A DNA stretch of 64,000 nt, from the NCBI GenBank assembly GCA_937934305.1, contig CALHAG010000023.1:14466-78465 (forward strand), read 5' to 3'. The stretch is from Candidatus Caldarchaeum subterraneum. GTDB taxonomy: Archaea; Thermoproteota; Nitrososphaeria_A; Caldarchaeales; Caldarchaeaceae. Below, in pieces: positions 1 to 8,676 of the stretch (position 1 is the first letter of the stretch; every line of letters starts with the position of its first letter). Made by a program: the position numbers and the translations under genes. Under the pieces are notes generated by a model. It was given only the letters and a program-made list of their open reading frames with translations, was not told the origin of the DNA and did not search any database.

Positions 1-482
1 GCCACAGATTCGGTGCCGATTTTCTCCATCTCCTCAGCCAAGGACTCAAGCTCTCTCTCATCAACCTCCTTCAACACTACACCTTTCCCGTCAACCCTTT
101 CAGAAACCTCGAACCGTCTCTCACGAGGCACTATTGGTTCGGGTCTTCTATAGAAGATGTTGTAGAGCTCAGGCCTATTCTGCCTCCCTATCTCAACCAC
201 ATCTCTAAACCCCTTCGTCGTCACAAGCGATACAGCAGGCATCTTGAGGGCCAGCTGGCCTCTGAAAAGATTAGTCCCGATTGTGTTGACGTGAATGATA
301 AGCTCAAAATCGTTTGGGGAGAAATTCTCCAGCAGCTTTTTGACAGCGTCTAGAAAGCCTTCCTCAGGTCTCTGGGGCGTGCTGCGTGTCTTAACCTTGT
401 ATAGTCTGCCGGTGATTTCATCAACCGCGACCAGGTCGGTGAAGGTGCCGCCTACATCCACAGCTGCTACAACTCTTGCCAA
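1..482 (-). CDS. Hydantoinase/5-oxoprolinase family protein, A-type (N-terminal ~160 codons; remainder lies beyond the window edge)
   Basis: Absent from the ORF track because it runs off the window edge. My minus-strand translation from TTG at 482 reads LARVVAAVDVGGTFTDLVAVDEITGRLYKVKT...LVTTKGFRDVVEIGRQNRPELYNIF. DVGGTFTD and TKGFxD..EIGRQ are hallmark N-terminal motifs of the HyuA/oxoprolinase family. Confidence 0.8.
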   Translation of the reverse strand, partial: MARVVAAVDVGGTFTDLVAVDEITGRLYKVKTRSTPQRPEEGFLDAVKKLLENFSPNDFELIIHVNTIGTNLFRGQLALKMPAVSLVTTKGFRDVVEIGRQNRPELYNIFYRRPEPIVPRERRFEVSERVDGKGVVLKEVDERELESLAEEMEKIGTESV

Positions 483-488
483 ACCAGG

Positions 489-1187
489 TCACTTCCCTGA
501 GAAAAGCATGCCTAGTCGAGGCAGCTCAATCTTCTTGCTCAGCTTCTGGAGAAGGTTCCAGAGGGTTGCCGAGTTGCTTGAAACCACGGGCTTTCCTGTG
601 TATTCCTCGATTCTTTTGATGGCTTTGAAGGTGCTGAGGTTTGTGCAGCTTATGAAGAGGGCGTCCGAGTCGGGGTGAGTGTTCCCCATAGCCCATTCAG
701 CAACCTCATCGTCCTTAACCATGCCAATATCGAGGTTGGCCACTATGGATGCGTGGAAGGTTGAGAGGACCTCGAAACCATGATTCTCCAGGAACGCTTT
801 CTCAACCTCCGTGATGTCTCTTGTATATGGTGTGATTAGGGAGATTTTTCCCGCCCCCAAGTGGGTAAGTGCTCTAATGACAGCCCCTGAAGTCGCTACA
901 GCTGGTTTACCTAGTTTCTCGAGCTTGTCCTCGATACCGCTGTATTGCTTGGGGCCTTTGACAAAGCTTCCGCTTGTGCATCCATAAACGAGAACATCAA
1001 CTCCCGCAGTAACCAGTTTCCGCGCTTCCCTAACCGCCTCATCCTCTAACGCGGCCAACTCTGAAACCATAACATTCTCCAGAAAAACACGGCCAGCATG
1101 TATCGTGGCGTGGCCGTGTAGAGTTTCCCAAAACTCTCTCTCCATGGTTGTGTTTGACGAGGGGATGATCAAGCCAATTCTATTCAT
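489..1187 (-). CDS. Asp/Glu/hydantoin racemase-superfamily protein (maleate cis-trans isomerase / arylmalonate decarboxylase-like)
   Basis: 232 aa. The N-terminus reads IGLIIPSSNTTMEREF. Two Cys motifs, YGCTSGSF and ISCTNLSTF, are typical of this two-cysteine isomerase fold. It ends 7 nt upstream of the hydantoinase gene on the same strand. Confidence 0.7.
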   Translation of the reverse strand: MNRIGLIIPSSNTTMEREFWETLHGHATIHAGRVFLENVMVSELAALEDEAVREARKLVTAGVDVLVYGCTSGSFVKGPKQYSGIEDKLEKLGKPAVATSGAVIRALTHLGAGKISLITPYTRDITEVEKAFLENHGFEVLSTFHASIVANLDIGMVKDDEVAEWAMGNTHPDSDALFISCTNLSTFKAIKRIEEYTGKPVVSSNSATLWNLLQKLSKKIELPRLGMLFSGK

Positions 1188-1207
1188 GTAACTATTGGAT
1201 TTTTAAG

Positions 1208-1221
1208 GACTTATAAAAAAG
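1208..1221. promoter_or_regulatory. Candidate shared (bidirectional) TATA element between the isomerase-like gene and pelota
   Basis: GACTTATAAAAAAG lies about 25-30 nt upstream of the minus-strand ATG at 1187. It also lies about 25 nt upstream of an ATG at 1243 on the plus strand. It is the only strongly A/T-rich block in the 84-nt divergent spacer. Confidence 0.35.
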
Positions 1222-1271
1222 GTTCCGCGATTCTGAGAGTAGATGCGTGCGCTTATTCTTGGGGTGCTGGT

Positions 1272-2351
1272 TTGAGGGTTGTTAAAATCAGTCCTTTGAA
1301 GCGTTTGGTGACGGTTGTCCCTGAGTCGACGCTTGATCTCCTGAATATTTACCGTGTTCTGGAGGTGGGTGATGTCGTGTATGCTGTTACTAGTAGGGAG
1401 TTGAAGAAGGAGCGGCGTGACGGGAGTGTTGACAGTGTTCGTGTTGCTGTGGAGCTTGGTGTCGAGGTTTTGGAGAAGAGCTTGGACCCTATGTTGAAGA
1501 GGCTGGACCTTCTCGGTGTTATAAGGTATGAGAGCAGGGAGCTGGGGCTTGTTGGGAAGCATCACAGCATCCATGTTTCGGTGGGTGACGAGCTTACAGT
1601 GGAGAGTAGGAAAAATTTTCAACGACTTGAGGCGATGGCGAAATATTACAGAGGCCCCGGAATAAGAAGGGACGTTGCGCTGGTCTTGGTTGACGACGAG
1701 AGCTTGGGCGTCTACCGTGCAGAGCCATCGGGGATGCGTGTCCTTTTTCACGAAACCGTCGCCGAGGGAAAGCGTGAACCTGACCAGAGACAGAAAGCTC
1801 TTCAGAAAATCTATGCGGCTGCCGCGGAAAAGCTGAAAGATGTTGATGAAGTGTATGTTTTCGGGCCCTCTGTCACCGTGGACGAGTTTGTCTCCTATCT
1901 TAAACGTGAGAAGCCTATTCTTTATCAACGTGTGAAGAAGACGGGGTTTGTATCAACCACGGACCAAGCCGGTGTTTCGGAGCTTCTGCGTGGAGGTGTG
2001 TTGCGTGAACTGGGCGAAATGGTCAAGGCGGTGGCCGACGTCATTGATGTGGAGGAGTTGATGCGTGTGCTGGCTACGGAACCCGGGAAAGCTTCTCTCG
2101 GGTTCGTGGAGACACTAAACGCCCTGCGGATGGGTGCCGTTGAAAAGGTTCTGGTTTCGGAGGATTTTCTCTGGAGCAGATACATGGATAAAGATGTCTG
2201 GGAACTGGTAGACAGGGCCGAGGCACATGGTGCTTCTGTGCGCGTCATCTCCACGGGGTCTGAGGCCACGGATAAGCTCAATGGCCTTGGTGGTGTCGCT
2301 GCCATTCTACGCTACTCGGTAGACCCTTCGTTGCTAAGACGCGTTGATTAG
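1272..2351 (+). CDS. pelA: mRNA surveillance / ribosome rescue factor Pelota (aDom34)
   Basis: 359 aa with a TTG start. The N-terminus MRVVKISPLKRLVTVVPESTLDLLNIYRVLEVGDVVYAVTSRE matches the Pelota Sm-like domain. The length fits a three-domain eRF1-like protein, and the C-terminus reads GLGGVAAILRY. Confidence 0.9.
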   Translation: MRVVKISPLKRLVTVVPESTLDLLNIYRVLEVGDVVYAVTSRELKKERRDGSVDSVRVAVELGVEVLEKSLDPMLKRLDLLGVIRYESRELGLVGKHHSIHVSVGDELTVESRKNFQRLEAMAKYYRGPGIRRDVALVLVDDESLGVYRAEPSGMRVLFHETVAEGKREPDQRQKALQKIYAAAAEKLKDVDEVYVFGPSVTVDEFVSYLKREKPILYQRVKKTGFVSTTDQAGVSELLRGGVLRELGEMVKAVADVIDVEELMRVLATEPGKASLGFVETLNALRMGAVEKVLVSEDFLWSRYMDKDVWELVDRAEAHGASVRVISTGSEATDKLNGLGGVAAILRYSVDPSLLRRVD

Positions 2352-3482
2352 CTCGCTTGTGGTGTAGATGTGGACGTTGGGAGGCTTGTTCTGAACATCG
2401 CCTACACGCGCTCCCACGAGGTAGACGTCGCTCTCGAGAGATGCCGCGAGGTCTACAAGCCTCTGTGTGACCACGCCGTCGAAAACCACATACTTCGCAT
2501 CCTTGTGCTCTCCAAACTTGGTCACAAGCTCGCTCACAGGCATACGCTGTATCTCGTTAAAGTTTTGGTCAAGCAAAACAGCTGACAAAGTTCCGTCAAC
2601 CTGTTTCACATAGTTCTTCAGCTCCGTTGGGACGGTTTTTCTCTCAGCGCCCGCCGCCATTTCCTTGGCCCTCAAGGCCTCGGAAGGTGGAACAGCGTGC
2701 TCTAGGGCTTCGTGAATCTCTCTGGCTGTCAGCTGCTCAACCTCTTTTCCATAGGGTGCTCTTGCGACTGCGTCTATCTTACAGTTTTGTAGCAGCTCCT
2801 GGAGGATGAGGTCGCCTCCTCTGTCGCCGTCGAGAAAAGCGATAACACGTTTCTTACGCTTAGTAAGGCCTGCGATGGATTTGGGTATCTTAACCCCCTC
2901 AACAGCTATGGTGTTTCTGTATCCGTATCTCAGCAGGTTGATGACGTCGGCTCTCCCCTCAACTATGATAAGCTCATCTGACGAGTCTACATCGGGGCCC
3001 GCTGGAAGCTTCTCGGGACCATATTCCGAGACCTTTGTCTTGACTATCGCATCCTCAAGCTCTCTGAGAATAAGGTCGTTCTCAGGCACTTTCTGCTTTT
3101 CCCAAGCAGCCAGAATTTCTTTCGCTCGCTCGATTATGCGTTTTCTTTTCTCCAGACGTGTGTCTTCAATCTTCTCTATGACTGCCCGTGCCTGGTAGGG
3201 CCCGACTCTGTCGATGGACTCTATCATCGCCGCTATCAGGGATGTTGTATATTTGTCGAGGCTTGTGGGGACTATGATTTTTCCTACGGCTTTGTTGCCT
3301 TGCGTCGTGACGTTTATCTCGATTCTACCTATGCGTCCGGTCTTCTGCAGCTCCCGTAAATCAAGGTCTGAGCTGAAAATCCCCTCTGTTTGTCCGAAAA
3401 CAGCGCCTACGACGTCGTTTTTGTCGACTGGACCGTCCACTTCAATCCGAGCCTCTATAACATATTTTGTTACTGTGCTCAA
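2334..3482 (-). CDS. dnaG: Archaeal DnaG primase (TOPRIM domain)
   Basis: 382 aa. N-terminus VIEARIEVDGPVDKNDVVGAVFGQTEG. TOPRIM core IIVEGRADVINLLRYGYRNTIAVEG ... AFLDGDRGGDLI. Its 3' end overlaps pelota convergently by 18 nt. Confidence 0.9.
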   Translation of the reverse strand: MSTVTKYVIEARIEVDGPVDKNDVVGAVFGQTEGIFSSDLDLRELQKTGRIGRIEINVTTQGNKAVGKIIVPTSLDKYTTSLIAAMIESIDRVGPYQARAVIEKIEDTRLEKRKRIIERAKEILAAWEKQKVPENDLILRELEDAIVKTKVSEYGPEKLPAGPDVDSSDELIIVEGRADVINLLRYGYRNTIAVEGVKIPKSIAGLTKRKKRVIAFLDGDRGGDLILQELLQNCKIDAVARAPYGKEVEQLTAREIHEALEHAVPPSEALRAKEMAAGAERKTVPTELKNYVKQVDGTLSAVLLDQNFNEIQRMPVSELVTKFGEHKDAKYVVFDGVVTQRLVDLAASLESDVYLVGARVGDVQNKPPNVHIYTTSELINAS

Positions 3483-3543
3483 GGTTCTGCTTCGGAATTG
3501 CTTTATTGCTGGATTTATTAAGGTCTTCCATGGATTTGAGATA

Positions 3544-3567
3544 AGGCTAAATTTAGCCTAGGCTAAA
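3544..3567. promoter_or_regulatory. Perfect 16-bp palindrome AGGCTAAATTTAGCCT plus a third AGGCTAAA half-site; candidate operator over the TATA box of the metal ABC operon
   Basis: Read directly: 3544..3559 is self-complementary with TAAATTTA at its centre. 3560..3567 repeats AGGCTAAA. The centre lies about 30 nt upstream of the ATG at 3582. Confidence 0.45.
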
Positions 3568-3581
3568 AAGGGTGGAGAAAA

Positions 3582-4511
3582 ATGATTATCCCCGAATCAA
3601 GGCTTCTGTTAGCCGCCTCCATTTTTATGCTGGTTCTGGGGCTGGCCACCCCCTACTACGTCGCCTCGGATACGGTGGAATCGAGGCTGGCTCTCGCGAC
3701 CACCTCGGTCATCTGCGACCTCGCCAGAAACGTGGTGGGAGGGCTTTGGGATGTGGAGTGCATAGTCGCACCGGGGCAGAGTCCCCACACCTATGAGCCG
3801 ACACCCGAGGACATGGTTAAAGCAGCGAAAGCCAAGGTCATCCTCTACAACGGCTTCACCATAGACGCTTGGGTGGCTAAGCTTTTCGCCAGCCATAACA
3901 AAGAGAAGCTTCACAGGGTCACGGAGGGGTTGGAGCCTTATATTCTCAAGGTTCCCGACGGCCCCTACGCCGGGAGAGAAGACCCACATATGTGGATGGA
4001 CGTAGAACTCGCGATAAAATACGTCGAACGCATCAGAGACATATTCGTTGGACAAGACCCAGACAACGCCGAAATCTACAAGACAAACGCGGCCGCATAT
4101 ATTCGTGAACTGGAGGAGCTCGACAAATGGATTAGAGAAACCGTCTCACAGCTTCCGACCGAGAAAAGAATACTTGTCACACAGGAGAATGCTTTCCAGT
4201 ATTTTTCCAGGGCCTATGGGTTCCGGGTGGGCGCATACTTCTACTCCATAGCCACCGAGATTGAGCCATCTCCCATAGACATGGTCCACGCCGTTGAGAA
4301 GGTGAAGCAGCTCGGGGTGTGTGTATTTTTTGTCGAGTCAACTCTTTCCAGCAGGCTGCTGGACTCTCTTATAAGAGAGGCGGGGGGTAGATTGGCTGGG
4401 CCGTTGTATGTTGATGGTGTGGGGCCACTGGGTTCGGGTGCAGAGTCCTATGTCTCCATGATGAAGGTGAATGTGGGAACTATTGTCGGGGAGTTGATGA
4501 AGGGATGTTGA
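3582..4511 (+). CDS. Metal (Zn/Mn-type) ABC transporter substrate-binding protein, ZnuA/TroA family
   Basis: 309 aa with an N-terminal hydrophobic anchor. It carries the His-containing motifs SPHTYEPTPEDM and DPHMWMD, characteristic of cluster A-I metal-binding proteins. Confidence 0.85.
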   Translation: MIIPESRLLLAASIFMLVLGLATPYYVASDTVESRLALATTSVICDLARNVVGGLWDVECIVAPGQSPHTYEPTPEDMVKAAKAKVILYNGFTIDAWVAKLFASHNKEKLHRVTEGLEPYILKVPDGPYAGREDPHMWMDVELAIKYVERIRDIFVGQDPDNAEIYKTNAAAYIRELEELDKWIRETVSQLPTEKRILVTQENAFQYFSRAYGFRVGAYFYSIATEIEPSPIDMVHAVEKVKQLGVCVFFVESTLSSRLLDSLIREAGGRLAGPLYVDGVGPLGSGAESYVSMMKVNVGTIVGELMKGC

Positions 4512-5263
4512 GCGAGGCTGTTGTTGTAGATGGTTTGACTGTGGCTTATGAGAGGATAGTGGCTCTCGAAGATGTTTCCTTCAAAGTATTCCGAGGCTCG
4601 ATAACCGCTGTCGTCGGGCCAAACGGCTCGGGAAAAAGCAGCCTCTTCAAAGCTCTTGTCGGACAAGTCAAACCAAGGCGGGGTGTCATAAAGATTCTTG
4701 GACTTGATGTCTCGGATGCGCGTGGGAAAATAGCCTATGTTCCCCAGAGAGAAGAGGTTTACTGGGATTATCCCTTGACGGTGTGGGATGTTGTGGCCAT
4801 GGGTAGGATAAGGAATGTGGGCTATCTCAGGAGTGTGAAGAAAAATGATGAGAAGGTTTTGGCTGCTTTGGAGAAAACCGGGCTGAAAGAGTTGATGCAT
4901 AGGAAAATCTCGGAGCTTTCCGGTGGGCAGCAGCAACGGGCCTTCATCGCTAGAGCGATAGCGCAGGAAGCGGAGATATATTTGCTGGATGAGCCTCTCA
5001 CAGGCATAGACGCCGAGTCAGAGGACAGGCTCTTCGACATCTTGAGCGAGATGCGACGGATAGGCAAAACCGTAATAATGACCACCCATGACCTCAGCAG
5101 CACCTTCGAGTTCTTTGACAACATTCTACTGCTCCGAAACCGTGTGATAGCGTTCGGGTCTCCTGAGAAGGTTTTGACGGCGGAAAACCTCGCCTCAGCC
5201 TACGGCAGTGAACGCGTCGCCATGCATCTTACCGACGTGGGGAGAGTTGCTGGATGGCGATAG
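4505..5263 (+). CDS. Metal ABC transporter ATP-binding protein
   Basis: Walker A GPNGSGKSS, signature LSGGQQQR, Walker B IYLLDEP. Overlaps the binding-protein gene by 7 nt. Confidence 0.9.
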   Translation: MLSEAVVVDGLTVAYERIVALEDVSFKVFRGSITAVVGPNGSGKSSLFKALVGQVKPRRGVIKILGLDVSDARGKIAYVPQREEVYWDYPLTVWDVVAMGRIRNVGYLRSVKKNDEKVLAALEKTGLKELMHRKISELSGGQQQRAFIARAIAQEAEIYLLDEPLTGIDAESEDRLFDILSEMRRIGKTVIMTTHDLSSTFEFFDNILLLRNRVIAFGSPEKVLTAENLASAYGSERVAMHLTDVGRVAGWR

Positions 5264-6087
5264 CCGAGTTTTTCCTCGAGCCACTCACATACCGCTTCAT
5301 GCAGTCAGCCTTCATCACATCCATCGCGGTCGGCATACTCGCATCCACCCTCAGCGTCGTAATTGTCTTAAGAGGATGGGCTCTTCTCGGTGACGCGATA
5401 TCACACGCAGTTTTGCCCGGACTAGCCTTGGCCGCCGTTTTCAACATTCCGCTTACTCTGGGCGGAGCCTTGGCAGGCATAATATCCTCATTCGCCATCG
5501 GCGTGATTGAGCAGAAGACACGTGTGAGAAACGACACGGCCATCGGAATAGTTTTGACAGGGGCATTTGCACTCGGCCTCGTCGCGATAAGCAAGCTCCG
5601 GCCAACTCTGGATGTTTTCCACATCCTTTTCGGAAACGTTCTCGCCGTCTCAACATATGAGCTGCAGCTTACCGCAGCAGTCGCCGCAGCCGTACTCCTC
5701 TTCTTCGGCCTCTTCCTTAAAGAAATCGTAGCATATACTTTCGACCCAGTTTTCGCCTCCGTGGCAGGATTACCGTCCAACCTTCTCCACTACATTCTCA
5801 TGGTCATGATATCGTTGGCGGTCATCGCTTCCCTGCAAACGGTTGGAATAATCCTTGTTGTAGCGCTGCTCATAACCCCTGGGGCGACTGCCCAGCTTCT
5901 CGCCAAAAACCTCCTCCAAATGTTCATCATATCCATCGCGGTCGGCATAACGTCGGCTATTATCGGCCTCTACCTGTCCTTCTATCTCGCAGCCAGCTCC
6001 GGGGGAACCATCGCTTTAACCGCCACAGCCATCTTCTTCGCAGCCTTTTTGGCTAAGAGGCTGACTGCCTCAGCTGTCTCCCGCTAA
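5254..6087 (+). CDS. Metal ABC transporter permease (ABC-3 / ZnuB-TroC family)
   Basis: 277 aa and highly hydrophobic with multiple helices. Overlaps the ATPase gene by 10 nt, and its position completes the three-gene importer. Confidence 0.85.
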   Translation: MAIAEFFLEPLTYRFMQSAFITSIAVGILASTLSVVIVLRGWALLGDAISHAVLPGLALAAVFNIPLTLGGALAGIISSFAIGVIEQKTRVRNDTAIGIVLTGAFALGLVAISKLRPTLDVFHILFGNVLAVSTYELQLTAAVAAAVLLFFGLFLKEIVAYTFDPVFASVAGLPSNLLHYILMVMISLAVIASLQTVGIILVVALLITPGATAQLLAKNLLQMFIISIAVGITSAIIGLYLSFYLAASSGGTIALTATAIFFAAFLAKRLTASAVSR

Positions 6088-6796
6088 GCTCCGCGAGCTT
6101 CTCAATAATCATGTCATGCTTAGCCTCGTCAGCTTCTATGGAGTCGAGCAAAATCTTCAGAACATCGTTTTTCAATAGCTGTTTAACTGCCTCGAATCCT
6201 TGGGCATGGCTTTTCTCCTCATGTTGCCGAAGCATGTGTAAGCGCTCGGGGTCTGGGAGAATGCTTCCCGTGAAATTTTTCTCGATAGCTGATATTGTTG
6301 TCTGCACGATGTCTGCGTGTCTGATGCTGTCTGACGCGATTTGCCTGAACAGGAGGCTGACCATCTCGTCTTTCGCCTTTATCGCCTCGTTGAGGAAAAG
6401 CTCAGCCGCCTCCTGCTCAGCGGCGAGACGGTTTCTCAGAACTCTCAGGGCTTGACTCTTGGCTTCTTCTGGAAGAGCTTCCCTATCGGGTGAAGGTTTT
6501 CCAAGCATCATCAGAACTTCGTAGGCAAGGTCGAGGAGCTCCGTCTCGGTGGCGGGCCTCTGTCTGAAAGCAATTTTTCCAGCAAATTCCCGCACCATTT
6601 CTTTGAGGCGTTGTTGAGATAAGGCAGTTTGGCGGCCTCCAGCTCTTACACCTTTGACATACTGGGTGACGGCCTGCGGAGTGATGGAGAGAAGACGCGC
6701 CACCTCGGCCTTCTTCAACCCATATGTCGTGACAAGCTCTGTCGCAACCATCGCCCTGAGAAGAGGTATGAGCTCCTCAGTCTTGGGTATCTTCAA
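6053..6796 (-). CDS. Transcriptional regulator: N-terminal HTH fused to a ferritin-like/rubrerythrin-like four-helix domain
   Basis: 247 aa. HTH segment GLKKAEVARLLSITPQAVTQYVKG. The C-terminal half has spaced acidic/His helices (AAEQEAAELF, DSIRHADIV, HEEKSHAQ, EADEAKHDMI) resembling a di-metal carboxylate bundle. It sits between two ABC importer operons. Confidence 0.6.
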   Translation of the reverse strand: MKIPKTEELIPLLRAMVATELVTTYGLKKAEVARLLSITPQAVTQYVKGVRAGGRQTALSQQRLKEMVREFAGKIAFRQRPATETELLDLAYEVLMMLGKPSPDREALPEEAKSQALRVLRNRLAAEQEAAELFLNEAIKAKDEMVSLLFRQIASDSIRHADIVQTTISAIEKNFTGSILPDPERLHMLRQHEEKSHAQGFEAVKQLLKNDVLKILLDSIEADEAKHDMIIEKLAELSGRQLRQSAS

Positions 6797-6812
6797 CTTA
6801 TACTAGTCAGAA

Positions 6813-6907
6813 TTCACGGCGTTATATGTGTGATGTGTAACAACGTGAATCATTGTTTTCACGGTGTATGGTTTATATCATGGGATATAACGGTGTTATA
6901 CCGTGAA
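6813..6907. promoter_or_regulatory. Divergent promoter with three copies of TTCACGG(Y)(R)T plus an extra GTGAA; candidate operator set
   Basis: TTCACGGCGTTATA at 6813..6826 (+). TTCACGGTGTATGG at 6858..6871 (+). CCGTGAA at 6901..6907 (reverse orientation, over the phnD GTG start). CGTGAA at 6844..6849. TATA-like blocks at 6821..6828 and 6871..6880 are each about 25-30 nt from a start codon. Confidence 0.4.
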
Positions 6908-7859
6908 GCATGCACGAACAATCCAAACCATCGCGCTACTCACCGCCGGAATAATAATCGGCATGCTTCTTTCAGCGTCTTTCGGGTTTGTGGTCGTACA
7001 GCCACAGAGTAGGCAGAAGCTGGTGATAGCCGTCCAGCCCACGTTGTCAGCGGCCGAGGTTCTTCAAAGAGCCAAACCCATCGAAGCCTTCCTCGAACAG
7101 AAGCTGCCCGACATAGACATCGAAATCTATGTGCCAACCTCCTACGCTGCCGTGGTAGAGTCTCTTCGACGCGGACATGCGCACGCCGCATTCATGAGCG
7201 CATGGCCCTCTTATCTTGCATGGAAACTGGCAGACGCCGAGGTTGTTTTGGCTGAGATAAGAACGGTAGGCGAAGGGGATAAAATAGTTGAAGAGCCACA
7301 ATACTACTCCTACTGGGTCGTGCTACCTAATTCACCCATCAAGTCTATAGAAGACCTCCGAGGCAAGAAAGTCGCTCTGCCCAGCCCCATCTCGACATCG
7401 GGATATGTTGCACCACTCGCTAAGCTCGTTGAACTCGGCTACATTCAGGTCAAGCAGGGTTCAGAAGCCGACCCCTCAACCTTCTTCCAAGTAGTCTTCA
7501 CAGGCGGATACGCTCAATCATGGACAGCTCTGAAAAACGGCGACGTGGACGCAGCGGTCATAGCTGGAGACATTCCTGAATCCCTCTACAGAGAGGTCAT
7601 GTCATCCACGCGTGTTATCGCCTCTCAAGGCCCCATACCAAGCCACGCCGTAGTCTTCTCAAAGGAGTTGAAGGAGCCTCTACGCTCACAGCTAATAAAA
7701 GCCCTTCAAGAGCTGGGAGATAAAGAACCCGCCTTGATGAAACAGTTCATATCCGCGCTCTTTGTCAGATTCGAACCCACGACATCAGAACAGCATCTCG
7801 GAGGACTACAAAGATACCTTGAGCTCACAAACCTAAGATACTCTGAGAAGGTTGGCTGA
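6903..7859 (+). CDS. phnD: Phosphonate/phosphite-type ABC transporter substrate-binding protein (PhnD family)
   Basis: 318 aa with a GTG start and an N-terminal membrane anchor. PhnD-like segments YVPTSYAAVVESLRRGHAHAAFMSAW and PSPISTSGYVAP. Followed by PhnC- and PhnE-type genes. Confidence 0.75.
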   Translation: MKHARTIQTIALLTAGIIIGMLLSASFGFVVVQPQSRQKLVIAVQPTLSAAEVLQRAKPIEAFLEQKLPDIDIEIYVPTSYAAVVESLRRGHAHAAFMSAWPSYLAWKLADAEVVLAEIRTVGEGDKIVEEPQYYSYWVVLPNSPIKSIEDLRGKKVALPSPISTSGYVAPLAKLVELGYIQVKQGSEADPSTFFQVVFTGGYAQSWTALKNGDVDAAVIAGDIPESLYREVMSSTRVIASQGPIPSHAVVFSKELKEPLRSQLIKALQELGDKEPALMKQFISALFVRFEPTTSEQHLGGLQRYLELTNLRYSEKVG

Positions 7860-8577
7860 AATGGGCACGGTGCTGACAATTCGGGGGCTGAGCTTCTCAT
7901 ACGACGGCCGCAGAAAAATTCTTGACGGTTTGGACCTTGACCTCTCAGCAGGAGAAACACTCGCCATCATGGGCTACTCAGGCTCGGGCAAAACAACCCT
8001 CCTCAAAATCATCGCAGGACTCCTATACCCATACCAAGGTACCGTGAAAACCCACGACGCTAAAGGCGGAATAGGCTACATCCCCCAAAACATAGGCCTA
8101 GTCAAAAACCTCACAGCAGTGCAAAACGTTGCACATGGCGCGCTAGGAAGAATAGGGACCTTGCCAGGCTTAATCGGCAAATTCCCACAAGAAGTGTTTG
8201 AGAAAGCCTACCAGCTATTGGAAGATCTTGGCTTGGCGGAGGCTGCTGACCGTAAAGCCGGCCAACTCAGCGGGGGAGAGAGACAAAGAGTAGCCGTCGC
8301 ACGTGCTCTTATGCAGAACCCCTCAATACTACTCGCCGACGAGTTTGTCTCAGACCTCGACGTCATCAACGCCTATGAAGTCATGGAGCTCACCACAAAA
8401 ATATGCAGACGAAACAACATCGCTCTCATCATGACCATGCACGACACATACCTTGTCAACAAATTCGCAGACAGAGTCGCTGTCCTAAAAGACGGAAAAA
8501 TAATGAACGAAATGCCGGGAAACCAGATAAGCATCAAAACGCTTTCAGCAATTCTAGGCGGTGGACCAGTGGAATGA
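7852..8577 (+). CDS. phnC: Phosphonate-type ABC transporter ATP-binding protein
   Basis: Walker A GYSGSGKTT, signature [15 protein letters not shown], Walker B LLADEF. The track start is TTG at 7852, overlapping the phnD stop. An in-frame ATG at 7861 is an equally plausible start. Confidence 0.85.
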   Translation: MAEMGTVLTIRGLSFSYDGRRKILDGLDLDLSAGETLAIMGYSGSGKTTLLKIIAGLLYPYQGTVKTHDAKGGIGYIPQNIGLVKNLTAVQNVAHGALGRIGTLPGLIGKFPQEVFEKAYQLLEDLGLAEAADRKAGQLSGGERQRVAVARALMQNPSILLADEFVSDLDVINAYEVMELTTKICRRNNIALIMTMHDTYLVNKFADRVAVLKDGKIMNEMPGNQISIKTLSAILGGGPVE

Positions 8578-8676
8578 AATTTCGCTAAACAAATCACAAC
8601 ACTGCTGACCGTCGCGGTTTTCGTCTACTCAGCATCCCGCCTCGGGCTCACCGACTTCAACAGGCTTTCAAAGGGC

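Noticed and set aside
295-678. 127-aa plus-strand ORF spanning the junction of the hydantoinase and isomerase-like genes.
   Set aside because: It is antisense to two well-supported minus-strand genes, and its sequence is compositionally biased. No support.
1203-1928. 241-aa minus-strand ORF antisense to pelota. Similar long antisense ORFs lie at 5229..5780, 21542..22192, 30732..31307, 32654..33532, 33459..33821 and 35653..36159.
   Set aside because: Each lies entirely within, and opposite to, a gene with clear family motifs. Their translations are low-complexity (Ser/Pro/Arg/Thr/Ala-rich) with no recognisable motif. They are typical shadow ORFs of moderately GC-rich coding DNA.
8575-8577. 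In-frame UGA between phnC and the phnE body as a selenocysteine codon.
   Set aside because: There is no obvious stem-loop resembling a SECIS element downstream, no selenoprotein family context, and the ATGA overlap plus the A3T3 run gives a simpler explanation. Read-through is kept only as a minor alternative in the phnE finding.
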